Position numbers and translations under genes: made by a program
The notes under the pieces: model-generated
Told to the model about the DNA's origin: nothing
The model's database searches: none
Seen by the model: only the letters and a program-made list of their open reading frames with translations
Assembly: GCA_003220195.1 (NCBI GenBank)
Contig: QHRT01000006.1
Coordinates: 1-45,855, forward strand
Direction of reading: 5' to 3'
DNA length: 45,855 bases
Source of the DNA: Candidatus Rokuibacteriota bacterium
Lineage (GTDB): Bacteria; Methylomirabilota; Methylomirabilia; Rokubacteriales; CSP1-6
Shown here: positions 33,771 to 42,911 of the stretch, in pieces
How the letters are laid out: each line of letters opens with the position of its first letter
Position numbering within the stretch: the stretch's first letter is position 1

Positions 33771-35401
33771 ATGGCGTTCGATACTCGCCACAAGAGCCGT
33801 GTTCTCGTCGACGGTCCTGACCGCGCCGCTGCGCGCACGTACTTCAAGGCGATCGGGTTCACGGATGCGGATCTGGCGAAGCCGCTCGTCGGAGTGGCGC
33901 ACTGCTGGATCGAGATCACGCCGTGCAACTGGAACCACAAGAAGCTCGCCGAGAAGGTGAAGGAAGGCATTCGCGCGGCCGGCGGCACGCCGATCGAGTT
34001 CAACACGATCTCGGTCACCGACGGGATCGCGATGGGCACCGAGGGCATGAAGGCCTCGCTGGTGAGCCGCGAAGTCATCGCGGACTCTGTGGAGGCGGTC
34101 GTCCGCGGTCACCTGCTGGATGCGTTCGTCGCGATCTCCGGCTGCGACAAGACGATCCCCGCCATGGTCATGGCGATGGGGCGGCTCAACGTCCCGAGCG
34201 TGATGCTCTACGGCGGTTCGATCCGCTACGGCGAGCACCGGGGCAAGCGCCTCACCGTGCAAGACGTGTTCGAGGCGATCGGCGCCTACCGCGTCGGTAA
34301 GATCGACGCCGCCGAGCTGAACGCGATCGAGAGCCGCGCGTGCCCGGGCGCGGGCGCCTGCGGAGGACAGTTCACCGCGAACACGATGGCGACGGCGTTC
34401 GAGATGCTCGGCGTGTCGCCGATGGGATTCAACGGGGTTCCGGCCGAGGACGCGCACAAGGAAGACATCGCATTCCAGACCGACACATCATCACGAAGAA
34501 GTCGCTCGCGAATGCGATCGCCGGCGTGATGGCCACCGGCGGCTCGACGAACGCAGTGCTCCACCTCCTGGCGGTCGCGAAGGAGTCCGGCGTCAAGCTC
34601 ACCATCGACGAGTTCGACCGCATCTCGCGCAAGACGCCGCTGCTCGCAGACCTGAAGCCCTGGGGCAACTACACCGCGCCGGAGATGTACGAGGCGGGGG
34701 GAATGCCGGTCGTCGCGCGGCGACTGGCCGACGCCGGCCTCCTGCACGCCGACGAGACGACCGTCACTGGCCGCACGATCGGCGAAGAAGCCTCGGCGGC
34801 GCGCGAGGCCCCCGGACAGAAAGTCATTCGACCACTGTCGTCGCCGCTCGCGAAGTACGGAGGACTCGCCATCCTGCGCGGCAACCTGGCGCCCGACGGC
34901 TGTGTCGCGAAGGTCGCCGGACACGAGCAGACCGTGTTTCGCGGCAGGGCGCGCGTCTTCGATTGCGAAGAAGACGCGTTCACCGCAGTGAAGACCGGCA
35001 AGATCACGTCCGGGGACTTCATCGTGATCCGCTGGGAGGGACCGAAGGGCGGTCCCGGAATGCGGGAGATGCTGCAGGTCACCGGCGCGCTCCAGGGCGC
35101 GGGGCTCGGCGCAACCGTCGCGCTCATGACCGACGGGCGCTTCTCGGGCGCCTCGCACGGGTTCATGGTCGGGCACGTCACTCCCGAGGCCGCCGACGGC
35201 GGACCGATCGCGGCGATCAGGAACGGGGACACGGTCGTGCTGGACGTCGACAAACGCCGGCTGGACGTGCAGGTTAGCCCTCCGGAGTTGAAGCGACGTC
35301 TCAAGGCGGTGAAGAAGCCCAGGCCGCGTTACGCGACCGGGGTCATGGCGAAGTACGCGCGACTGGTGTCGTCGGCGTCCGAAGGGGCGACGACGGGATA
35401 G
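33771..35401 (+). pseudogene. ilvD: Dihydroxy-acid dehydratase, interrupted by a frameshifting internal deletion at about nt 34478
   Basis: The N-terminal 236 aa ([31 protein letters not shown]) are in the frame of ORF 33771-34529. The C-terminal ~307 aa ([37 protein letters not shown]) are in the frame of ORF 34340-35401. About 14 residues expected between KEDIAFQ and DRHIIT are absent. AGGAGG RBS lies before ATG 33771. Confidence 0.85.
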
Positions 35402-35445
35402 CTCCTCAGAGCCGTCGCGCTGATCCGACGCCACCTGCCGGCGTC

Positions 35446-36096
35446 AGTGAAACGTTCTGGCGCCTGCTCGTCGACGAGCCGCTCTCTGGAAAATCGATCG
35501 TCGACGTCGGCACCGGGACCGGACGCATGGCCCTGGCTCTTGCGCCGCTCGCCGGGCGCGTCGTCGGCATCGACCGCGATCCCGATCTGATCGACGAAGC
35601 GCGGCGGCGTGCCGGCGCGGCCGGGCTTCTCAACGTTCAGTTCGTCGTCGGCGATGCCGACGCGCTGACCGACTTCGTCCATCCCGACGACGGCGTCGAG
35701 ATCCAGCCCGATCTCGTCGTCGCGCATCTCTTCGTCTCCGACCCGCTCGTGAGGACGGCCGCGAAGTCGCTGGACCCGGGCGGCGCGCTCGCCTTCGTCG
35801 GCTTTCACGTCGATCAGTGGAAGGAGACCGGGCGGCGTTCCCGGTTCGCGTACGATGAAGATGGAGCGCGTCGGCTGCTCACGGAGTCCGGATTCCTCGT
35901 GGAGCACCTCGAAGTCGAGCGCAGCGTGCAGCAGTTTCGATCGGTGGAGGAAGCTCTCGCCGCGGCGATCGGCCTCGAGGAACGATGGAGAGCCGACGGC
36001 CGGTGGTTTCGCTACATCCGATTTCTCGAAGAAGGGGGGCGTACGCTGACGCAGAGCCACCTGGTGGTCAAGGCGCGGCGCGCGGCGCTGGCGTGA
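35446..36096 (+). CDS. Class I SAM-dependent methyltransferase
   Basis: Motif I SIVDVGTGTGRMALALAP lies upstream of the tracked ATG 35527, so the start must be earlier. In-frame GTG at 35446. Motif II VVGIDRD, post-I acidic residue. Confidence 0.75.
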   Translation, partial: SETFWRLLVDEPLSGKSIVDVGTGTGRMALALAPLAGRVVGIDRDPDLIDEARRRAGAAGLLNVQFVVGDADALTDFVHPDDGVEIQPDLVVAHLFVSDPLVRTAAKSLDPGGALAFVGFHVDQWKETGRRSRFAYDEDGARRLLTESGFLVEHLEVERSVQQFRSVEEALAAAIGLEERWRADGRWFRYIRFLEEGGRTLTQSHLVVKARRAALA

Positions 36097-37169
36097 CGCT
36101 GCTCGATCTCGCGCTGACGCGCGCCGTGAAGGCTCGTGCCCTCGAGCTCGGCTTCGACGCCGTCGCGATCGGGCCCGCGACTCCCGAGCACGCCCCCGCG
36201 TTCGAGCGCTGGCTCGACGCGGGATTCGGCGCCTCGATGACGTATCTCGAACGGACGCGCGCAGATCGGGTGGATCCCGAGCTTCTCCTGCCGGGTGCCC
36301 GATCCACCATCACCGTCGCGCTGAGCTACAACCCTGGCGAAGCGACGAACGCGGACGACTGGACGCCGGTCGCGCGTTACGCCCGCGGCACCGACTATCA
36401 CGACGTCATCCGCCCTCGGCTCAAGACGCTCGTGTCGTTCCTGCGCGAAGCGGGCGGGCCGCGGATCGAGAGTCGGGCCACGATCGACACGAGCGCGGTG
36501 CTCGAGCGCGACCTGGCCGCCCGGGCGGGGCTCGGCTGGTTCGGCAAGAACACGAATCTGCTGAGCGAGAAGCTCGGATCCTATTTCTTCATCGGCGTCG
36601 TGCTCACCACCGCGACGCTGTCGTTCGACGACCCCGTTCCGGACCGGTGCGGCACCTGCACGGCCTGTCTCGATGCGTGTCCGACGAAAGCGTTCGTCGG
36701 TCCGTACGTTCTCGATGCGCGCCGCTGCATCTCTTACCTGACGATCGAGCTCCGCGGCGACGTGCCGCCGGAGCTCCGACCCGCGGTGACCGACTGGGTC
36801 TTCGGATGCGACGTGTGCCAGGAGGTGTGCCCGTGGAACCGCAAAGCCGCGCCCGGTCGTGAACCCGCGTTCACTCCGCGACAATCGCTCGGCGCTCTCC
36901 CGTCGTTGCTGACGCTCGACGACGCGGCGTTCCGGGCGCGCTTTCGCGGAACCGCCATCACGCGCGCCAGGCGAGCGGGACTGCTGAGGAACGTCGCGTT
37001 GACGCTCGGCAATCGCCCAGAGGCGCGACCGGCCGCTCGCGCGGCGCTCGGCGCCGCCCTCGACGATCCCGATCCGGTCGTGCGCCGCGCCGCCACGTGG
37101 TCTCTGGGGCGCATCGCGGAACGAGATCCCGAAGCGGAGAGCACGTCGATCGTCGACGACGAGGGCTGA
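36093..37169 (+). CDS. queG: Epoxyqueuosine reductase
   Basis: GTGA overlap. MTYLERT, WFGKNTNL, ferredoxin motifs CGTCTACLDACPT and CDVCQEVCPWN, CISYLTIE, C-terminal HEAT-like DPDPVVRRAATWSLGRI. Confidence 0.92.
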   Translation: MTLLDLALTRAVKARALELGFDAVAIGPATPEHAPAFERWLDAGFGASMTYLERTRADRVDPELLLPGARSTITVALSYNPGEATNADDWTPVARYARGTDYHDVIRPRLKTLVSFLREAGGPRIESRATIDTSAVLERDLAARAGLGWFGKNTNLLSEKLGSYFFIGVVLTTATLSFDDPVPDRCGTCTACLDACPTKAFVGPYVLDARRCISYLTIELRGDVPPELRPAVTDWVFGCDVCQEVCPWNRKAAPGREPAFTPRQSLGALPSLLTLDDAAFRARFRGTAITRARRAGLLRNVALTLGNRPEARPAARAALGAALDDPDPVVRRAATWSLGRIAERDPEAESTSIVDDEG

Positions 37170-37213
37170 TCGGGAAGGCAAGAAATACACGCCGTGCTAT
37201 CCTCAGAACCGTC

Positions 37214-37762
37214 ATGGCCATTCTCAAAGTCGCTCGTCTGGGACATCCGGTGCTGCGACAGCGCGCCGAGCCGGTGGCGCCGAACGCGATCAGGTCCACC
37301 GAGATCCAGCGATTGATCGACGACATGATCGACACGATGCAGGAATACGACGGCGCCGGTCTGGCCGGAAATCAGGTGCACACGCCGAAGCGCATCGCCG
37401 TCATCGAGGTGCTCGGCAACCCGCGCTATCCCGACGCTCCGCACGTTCCGCTCACCGTCCTGGTCAATCCCGTCGTCACGCCGCTCACCGACGAGATGGA
37501 AGAAGGCTGGGAGGGCTGTCTGTCGGTGCCCGACATGCGCGGCCAGGTGCCGCGCTTCACCGCGGTCCGCCTCGAATGCTACGACCGCCACGGTGAGCCG
37601 GTGGACGTGGTCGCGAAGGATTTCTTCGCGCGGGTCATCCAGCACGAGACCGACCACCTCGACGGGATCGTCTATCTGGACCGCATGCGCGATCTGTCGA
37701 CGCTCTCGTTCGTCGCCGAGTGGAACAAGCACTGGCTCGGTCTCCACGAGCAGGACGACTGA
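37214..37762 (+). CDS. def: Peptide deformylase
   Basis: Three PDF motifs: GAGLAGNQV, EGCLSVP, QHETDHLDG. Confidence 0.95.
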   Translation: MAILKVARLGHPVLRQRAEPVAPNAIRSTEIQRLIDDMIDTMQEYDGAGLAGNQVHTPKRIAVIEVLGNPRYPDAPHVPLTVLVNPVVTPLTDEMEEGWEGCLSVPDMRGQVPRFTAVRLECYDRHGEPVDVVAKDFFARVIQHETDHLDGIVYLDRMRDLSTLSFVAEWNKHWLGLHEQDD

Positions 37763-37870
37763 CTTGAGCATGTCAGGCCCGTTGCCTGTCTCGAGGCGCG
37801 CCACGGCGTCGCCGGTGCGTGTCCGAGCGTTGGGGGTCTGGGGGCCATTTCGGCACTCCCAGTAGAATCA

Positions 37871-38257
37871 GTGAGCCAGCCGAGTCCGGCCGGCGCCGCC
37901 CGTGTGGTCGCGGTAGTGAAGGACCTCTTCTTCGTGGCGCGGATCGGTGAGACCGCGCGGCTTGCCGGAATGCCGATCCAGTTCGTCAAGACGGCCGACG
38001 CGCTCGCAGCTGCGCTCGGGTCCCCGACGCGATTCGTGCTGCTGGATCTCACGGGCGATTTCGACTACGACCGGGTCTTCGCCACGCTCGAACCTCGCCG
38101 CTCGCCGGTGCTCGGATTCACGACCCATGTGCTCGCCCGGCGGACCCAGCCGTGGCACGCGCGGTGCGATCGTGTCGTGACGAAGGAGACGCTCACGCAA
38201 GAGCTCCCGTCGCTCCTGACCGGCGGCGTGACCGCGAAAGACCAGGTGGCGCCGTGA
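37871..38257 (+). CDS. Hypothetical protein with CheY/receiver-like alternating beta-alpha pattern
   Basis: 128 aa. VVAVVKD / FVLLDLTGD / VLGFTTH / RVVTKE resemble the receiver beta1, beta3, beta4 and beta5 signature positions (Asp, Thr, Lys). The beta1 acidic pair is incomplete. Weak call. Confidence 0.35.
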   Translation: MSQPSPAGAARVVAVVKDLFFVARIGETARLAGMPIQFVKTADALAAALGSPTRFVLLDLTGDFDYDRVFATLEPRRSPVLGFTTHVLARRTQPWHARCDRVVTKETLTQELPSLLTGGVTAKDQVAP

Positions 38258-38913
38258 CCGCCGAGGAATTCGTCCGCGCGCTCGACGCCGAGAATCAGCG
38301 TCAGCTCGCGCGGCTCTCGCCGGACGACACGCTGAAGCCGGAAGTCGAGGGTGACCTCACCGTCGTGAATCTCCTGAAGGTCGCGCTCAAGAACGAGATC
38401 GAGGCGACGGTGATCGCGGCGCGCTGGCTCGTGTCGACGGACGATCTCGACGTCCAGCTGGCGTTCGCGCGACAGGTCGGCGACGAGGAAAAGCACCATC
38501 GCCTGATCGGAGAGCGGCTCCGATCGCTCGGCTTCGACCCATCGTCGTTCAACCCGGTCGCGAAGGGCTACGGGCCGCTGTTCCAGTATCTGGACACGCT
38601 CACCACGACGGTCAGCCGCGTCGCCGCGGGCCAATTCACGCGCGAGGCGATCGCGGTGGTGAAGAATCGACAGTTCATCGAGTTCTGCGAGCGGGCCGGT
38701 GACAAGCAGACGGCGGCGCTCTATCGCGACGTGATCGAGCCGGACGAGAGGTATCACCACGAGCTCGGACGACGGCTCCTGCTGCGGCTCGCGACCACTC
38801 CGGAAGCGCAGGCGGCAGCCGGCGCGGCGGCGCGTCGCACGCTCGACCTGGCGGAAGAGCTCCAGCGCGTCGCGCTGACGACGGCCGGCATCCACCACGC
38901 GCCAGGCTGCTGA
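38254..38913 (+). CDS. Ferritin-like / rubrerythrin-like di-iron carboxylate protein
   Basis: GTGA overlap. Four-helix pattern with E...ExxH twice: KNEIEAT, GDEEKHH, TREAIA, EPDERYHH. Confidence 0.6.
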   Translation: MTAEEFVRALDAENQRQLARLSPDDTLKPEVEGDLTVVNLLKVALKNEIEATVIAARWLVSTDDLDVQLAFARQVGDEEKHHRLIGERLRSLGFDPSSFNPVAKGYGPLFQYLDTLTTTVSRVAAGQFTREAIAVVKNRQFIEFCERAGDKQTAALYRDVIEPDERYHHELGRRLLLRLATTPEAQAAAGAAARRTLDLAEELQRVALTTAGIHHAPGC

Positions 38914-39734
38914 TGACCCCCGATCTCCGCGAATTCCACGAGGCGGTGTCGACCGAGCGCGATCTCGACCTGGCGGTCGCCGCGCTGCTGGTCGCGCGGG
39001 TGGAGTACCCGACGCTCGATCCCGCTCCGTATCTGAAGAGGCTCGACGGCCTGGCTGCCGGCGTCGGGATCCCGGCGTCACGCGACGGCCGCCGCGCGCT
39101 CGATCGGTTGCGGCGGGTGCTGTTCGAGGAGGAAGGATTTCGCGGCAACGCCGACCGGTACTTCGATCCACGCAACAGCTGCCTGAACGACGTGCTCGAC
39201 GAGAAGTTCGGGATTCCGATCACGCTGTCGGTGCTGACGATCGAGGTGGGCCGCCGCGTCGGGCTCTCGCTCCACGGGCTCGGCTTGCCCGGGCACTTCA
39301 TGGTCGCCGCCGACGTCGACGGGGAGCGCCTGATCGTCGATCCGTTCAACCGCGGCGCCATCCTCTCGCGCGACGACGCGGAGTCCGTCGTCGCGCGAGC
39401 GCTCGGACAGCCGGTGCCGCTCACCGATTCGCATTTCGTCCCGACGTCGAAGGACGCCATCGTCACGCGGATGCTTGCGAATCTGAAGTCGATCTACGTC
39501 CAGCAGGAAAACTGGACGAAGGCCTTCGAGGTGATCGAGCGTTTGCTGCTCCTGGACGGCGCCGCGCCGACGCATCTCCGCGATCGCGGCACCGTGCTGA
39601 TGAAACTCGGTGACTTCCAGAGCGGCGCCGCCGACTGGGAGCGTTATCTGACGCGCTATCCGCAGGCGCGCGACGCGGTGAAGCTGCGCGGCCAGCTCAA
39701 GCGTATCCGTCAGGCCCTCGCCAGCCTCAATTGA
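38913..39734 (+). CDS. SirB1/YchA-family protein (transglutaminase-like N-domain + TPR)
   Basis: The start overlaps the preceding stop. YFDPRNSCLNDVLDEKFGIPITLSVL...GLPGHFMV is typical of the UPF0162/SirB1 N-terminal domain. TPR-like C-terminus. Confidence 0.65.
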   Translation: MTPDLREFHEAVSTERDLDLAVAALLVARVEYPTLDPAPYLKRLDGLAAGVGIPASRDGRRALDRLRRVLFEEEGFRGNADRYFDPRNSCLNDVLDEKFGIPITLSVLTIEVGRRVGLSLHGLGLPGHFMVAADVDGERLIVDPFNRGAILSRDDAESVVARALGQPVPLTDSHFVPTSKDAIVTRMLANLKSIYVQQENWTKAFEVIERLLLLDGAAPTHLRDRGTVLMKLGDFQSGAADWERYLTRYPQARDAVKLRGQLKRIRQALASLN

Positions 39735-41023
39735 CCGGCCCTCGCCGGCTTCGACACTCGTCGCTTCGCCGGCTGATCACGTGCACGATCGTGGTCCCGT
39801 TCTTGTCGACCGCGTGCGGCGGCTGCGGCCTCGCTCCACCCGGAGTCCGTGGCGAGTCGTCTCGCCCGGACGCCGCGGAGCGCGCGCTCCTGGTGAAGGC
39901 CGAGCAGGAAGAAGCGCGGATTCTCGAGCAGGTGAAGCGTTATCAGGACCCGCAAGTCGACGAGTACCTCGCCAGGGTCGTTGGCAAGCTCGCGCCGGAC
40001 GAACCCGCAGCGCGAGGATTCACGGTCGTCGTCCTGAGCGACCCGACATTGAACGCCTTCGCGATGCCGGACGGGCGCATCTACGTCCACACCGGCCTCT
40101 TGAGCCAGGTGGAGAACGAAGCGCAGCTCGCGACCATCCTCGCTCGTGAGATGGCGCACGTGACCAGTCGCCACGCGTTGGGGGTGCTGCGCGACGCCGC
40201 CGAAGCGCGCGTTCTCCTTCCCGCGCTCGCAGTGACGATCGGTGCGGCGGCCGCGCTTCACTCAGGAGGAGCTTCCGGCGATCCCGTGGGCACCGCGGCA
40301 ATCGGCTCGGTGGCGAGCGCCATCCTGAGCGTCGGCGCCGAGATCGCCTGGATCGCGTCGATGAGAGGCTACGGAGAAGTCTTCGAGCGTAGAGCGGACG
40401 AAGACGGCCTGGCTAGGCTGGCGAAGGCTGGCTATGACCCGCGAGAAGCTCTTCGGACCTTCGAACGTCTCACGGGCCGTTCCGACGGCGAACCGCTCGA
40501 GATGTTCGTCTTGGGCAACCGGCATAATCTTCATCAGCGAGTGGACACAACACGGCGAATGCTGGCGACGCGAGTCGACACGATCGCCGCTCTGCCGTCG
40601 ACGACGGACGTCGGTGACTTCCGCCTCCGTATGCAGACGGTCGTGCGCGAAAATGCGCTGCTCGACATCCGCACCGGACGATTCGATCTCGCCTTGCGAC
40701 AGCTGATACGGGTCGGCGTGTTCGATGACCGGGATGCAGTGAACAATTTCTATTACGGTGAGTTGTCGCGGCTTCGTGCTCAGCGGACGGACGCCGCGGC
40801 AGAGAAGCGGCGTCTGGAAGAGCGCGCGCTCCTGGCCTACGAGCACGCCCTCCTGCTCGACCCCGCGTACGCTGACCCGCTCCGGGGGCTCGGGTTGCTC
40901 TACTTCCAGCAAGGCGATTACGCTCGCGCCCGGGCGGCGTTCGCAAGGTACGTGGAGCTGAAGCCGGACGTGAGCGACGCCAGGAGAATTGAGGACTACA
41001 TGGCCGCGCTTTCACGGGAGTGA
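39731..41023 (+). CDS. M48-family (BepA-like) lipoprotein with C-terminal TPR, HExxH degenerated to RExxH
   Basis: Lipobox LSTAC. M48 core NAFAMPDGRIYVHTGLL...LAREMAHVTSRHA...ERRADEDGLARLAKAGYDP. TPR repeats at the C-terminus. TTG start overlapping the previous stop. Confidence 0.75.
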   Translation: MTGPRRLRHSSLRRLITCTIVVPFLSTACGGCGLAPPGVRGESSRPDAAERALLVKAEQEEARILEQVKRYQDPQVDEYLARVVGKLAPDEPAARGFTVVVLSDPTLNAFAMPDGRIYVHTGLLSQVENEAQLATILAREMAHVTSRHALGVLRDAAEARVLLPALAVTIGAAAALHSGGASGDPVGTAAIGSVASAILSVGAEIAWIASMRGYGEVFERRADEDGLARLAKAGYDPREALRTFERLTGRSDGEPLEMFVLGNRHNLHQRVDTTRRMLATRVDTIAALPSTTDVGDFRLRMQTVVRENALLDIRTGRFDLALRQLIRVGVFDDRDAVNNFYYGELSRLRAQRTDAAAEKRRLEERALLAYEHALLLDPAYADPLRGLGLLYFQQGDYARARAAFARYVELKPDVSDARRIEDYMAALSRE

Positions 41024-41028
41024 CTGAC

Positions 41029-41766
41029 ATGGAAACAGGTCGCGTCCGGGGCGGCTCGAACCAGTACGGGTTCACGATCGGCATCCTGATTCTCGACACG
41101 CGGTTCCCGCGCATCGTGGGCGACATGGGCAACGCGCGCACGTTTCCGTTTCCGGTGCGCTACCACCGTGTGGCCGGCGCCGCGCCCGACCTGGTGGTGC
41201 GTCGCGGCGCTGCCGGTCTCCTGCCGTCGTTCGTCGACGGCGCCCGCGCGCTCGAGCGCGAAGGCGTCGGCGCGATCACGACGAATTGCGGATTCCTGGT
41301 GAAGTACCAGAAGGAGCTGGCCGCCTCTGTGACAGTGCCCGTCTTCACGTCGAGTCTCTTGATGGTGCCGTTCGTCCAGCGCATGCTGCCGCCGGGACGG
41401 CGCGTGGGCATCATGACGGTGAACGCGCCGGCCCTCGGCGCCGAGCACATGGCGGGCGCCGGCATCGCCGATGACGTTCCGATCGCCGTCGCCGGGCTCG
41501 AGACGGAGAAGGAGTTCACGCGCGTGATGCTCGACAACGAGCTCGAGCTCGACGTCGACGTCGCGCGGGAGGAGCACGTGCGGGTGGCGCGGCGCCTCGT
41601 CGCCGACCATCCGGATGTCGGCGCCATCGTGCTCGAGTGCACGAACATGCCGCCATACGCCGCCGACATCCAGTGCGCGACCGGGCTGCCGGTCTTCGAC
41701 ATCGTCTCGCTCGTCACGCTGGTGCACGGGGGCCTGGTCGGCGCGCTCGGGCCCCGCCCGGCCTGA
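41029..41766 (+). CDS. Asp/Glu/hydantoin racemase-family protein
   Basis: Two Cys-containing half-site motifs, AITTNCGF and VLECTNMPPY. An alternative GTG start at 41020 overlaps the previous stop (GTGA). Confidence 0.6.
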   Translation: METGRVRGGSNQYGFTIGILILDTRFPRIVGDMGNARTFPFPVRYHRVAGAAPDLVVRRGAAGLLPSFVDGARALEREGVGAITTNCGFLVKYQKELAASVTVPVFTSSLLMVPFVQRMLPPGRRVGIMTVNAPALGAEHMAGAGIADDVPIAVAGLETEKEFTRVMLDNELELDVDVAREEHVRVARRLVADHPDVGAIVLECTNMPPYAADIQCATGLPVFDIVSLVTLVHGGLVGALGPRPA

Positions 41767-41781
41767 CGCTCGGGCCGGCCG

Positions 41782-42174
41782 TTAGCCGGTGGCGCGGAGC
41801 CGTTCGATCAGCTTCTGATCGGCGGGCGGAAACGCGTAATCGCCCAGCCGACCCGGCTCGACCCAGGCCATCTTCTGGCTTTCGAGCGGCGTGATCGTGC
41901 CCGATCCGAGCGTCGCGCGGAAGAAGTGGAGGATCACGGTCGTGTCGGGATACTCCCACCGGATCGTCTCGACCCGGTCCCCGACGATGAACCTTCCGGA
42001 GAGCTCTTCCGCGAGCTCGCGAACGAGACAGGCTTCCAGCGATTCGCCAGGCTTGACCTTGCCGCCCGGAAACTCCCACAGCCCGGCGAGATGCGAGCCC
42101 TCACGGCGCTGCGTGATCAGGTAGCGGCCATCCGCGTCCCGGATGAGCGCGGCCGCGACGTCGATCTCTCTCAT
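41782..42174 (-). CDS. NUDIX hydrolase, MutT-like (8-oxo-dGTP diphosphatase type)
   Basis: 130 aa. Intact Nudix box GGKVKPGESLEACLVRELAEELSG. The long tracked ORF 41782-43302 is a composite; only the last 130 aa are credible. Confidence 0.85.
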   Translation of the reverse strand: MREIDVAAALIRDADGRYLITQRREGSHLAGLWEFPGGKVKPGESLEACLVRELAEELSGRFIVGDRVETIRWEYPDTTVILHFFRATLGSGTITPLESQKMAWVEPGRLGDYAFPPADQKLIERLRATG

Positions 42175-42830
42175 GGGCCCGGGTACGTCGCGCAGAACGC
42201 CTTCATCGGACAGCGGGGACACAGCGGGTTGCGCGGCCGGCACCAGGTGGCGCCGAAGTCCATCAGCGCCTGGTTGAAATCGTAGCCGCGCCCGCGCGGG
42301 ACGAGCGTCGCCGCCAGATCCCAGTACACCCGATCGCCGCGGACGCGCGCGGTCCTCCGCCGTCCGAAGAAGACGCGGCTCAGCACGCGGCGCACGTTGG
42401 TGTCGAGCACCGGCACGTCGCGCTCGTGGGCGAACGCGAGGATCGCGCCGGCGGTGTAGCGGCCGATTCCCGGCATGGATCGAAGCGCGGCGTCCTCGTC
42501 GGGCAACCGGCCGCCGTACCGGGCGATCGATTCCCTCGCGATCGTGTGAAGCCGCACCGGGCGGATGTTGTAGCCGAGCGGATACCAGAGCCGTTTGACC
42601 TCGTCGACGGGCGCGGCGGCGAGCCGGCGCAGCGTGGGATAGCGGCGGAGGAACTGCCGATACTTCGGCACAACACGCTCGACCTGCGTCTGCTGCAGCA
42701 TGATCTCGGAGACGAGAATGCGATACGGGTGGCGCGTCTTTCGCCAGGGCAGGTCGCGGCCGTGCTCTCCGTACCAGCGGAGGAGACGCTGCTGGAAAAG
42801 CCTGACGACGTGACGATCGGGCGCGCGCAT
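42171..42830 (-). CDS. mutY: A/G-specific adenine DNA glycosylase catalytic domain (MutY-like, lacks the C-terminal domain)
   Basis: LLRWYGEHGRDLPWR, SEIMLQQTQV, HhH-GPD PGIGRYTAGAI, catalytic LDTNVRRV, FeS cluster C-x6-C-x2-C-x5-C (CRPRNPLCPRCPMKAFC). Confidence 0.85.
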   Translation of the reverse strand: MRAPDRHVVRLFQQRLLRWYGEHGRDLPWRKTRHPYRILVSEIMLQQTQVERVVPKYRQFLRRYPTLRRLAAAPVDEVKRLWYPLGYNIRPVRLHTIARESIARYGGRLPDEDAALRSMPGIGRYTAGAILAFAHERDVPVLDTNVRRVLSRVFFGRRRTARVRGDRVYWDLAATLVPRGRGYDFNQALMDFGATWCRPRNPLCPRCPMKAFCATYPGP

Positions 42831-42911
42831 CGCGCGACGACTCTACCACTGTGGTCTCGAGCGCCGCTGCCGTCGTCGGGCGCGACGCCTGGCGAGGTAG
42901 AATGGCGGCGT

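Noticed and set aside
34440-34520. Programmed ribosomal frameshift as the explanation for the ilvD (and ExeA-like) frame change
   Set aside because: There is no slippery heptanucleotide or downstream pseudoknot-like structure at either junction. In both cases conserved residues are missing, which points to a deletion rather than recoding.
37863-37868. TAGAAT -10-like hexamer just upstream of the receiver-like gene
   Set aside because: It lies only 2 nt before the proposed GTG start at 37871, so it cannot drive that start. An alternative downstream GTG (37904) lacks an RBS. Left unassigned.
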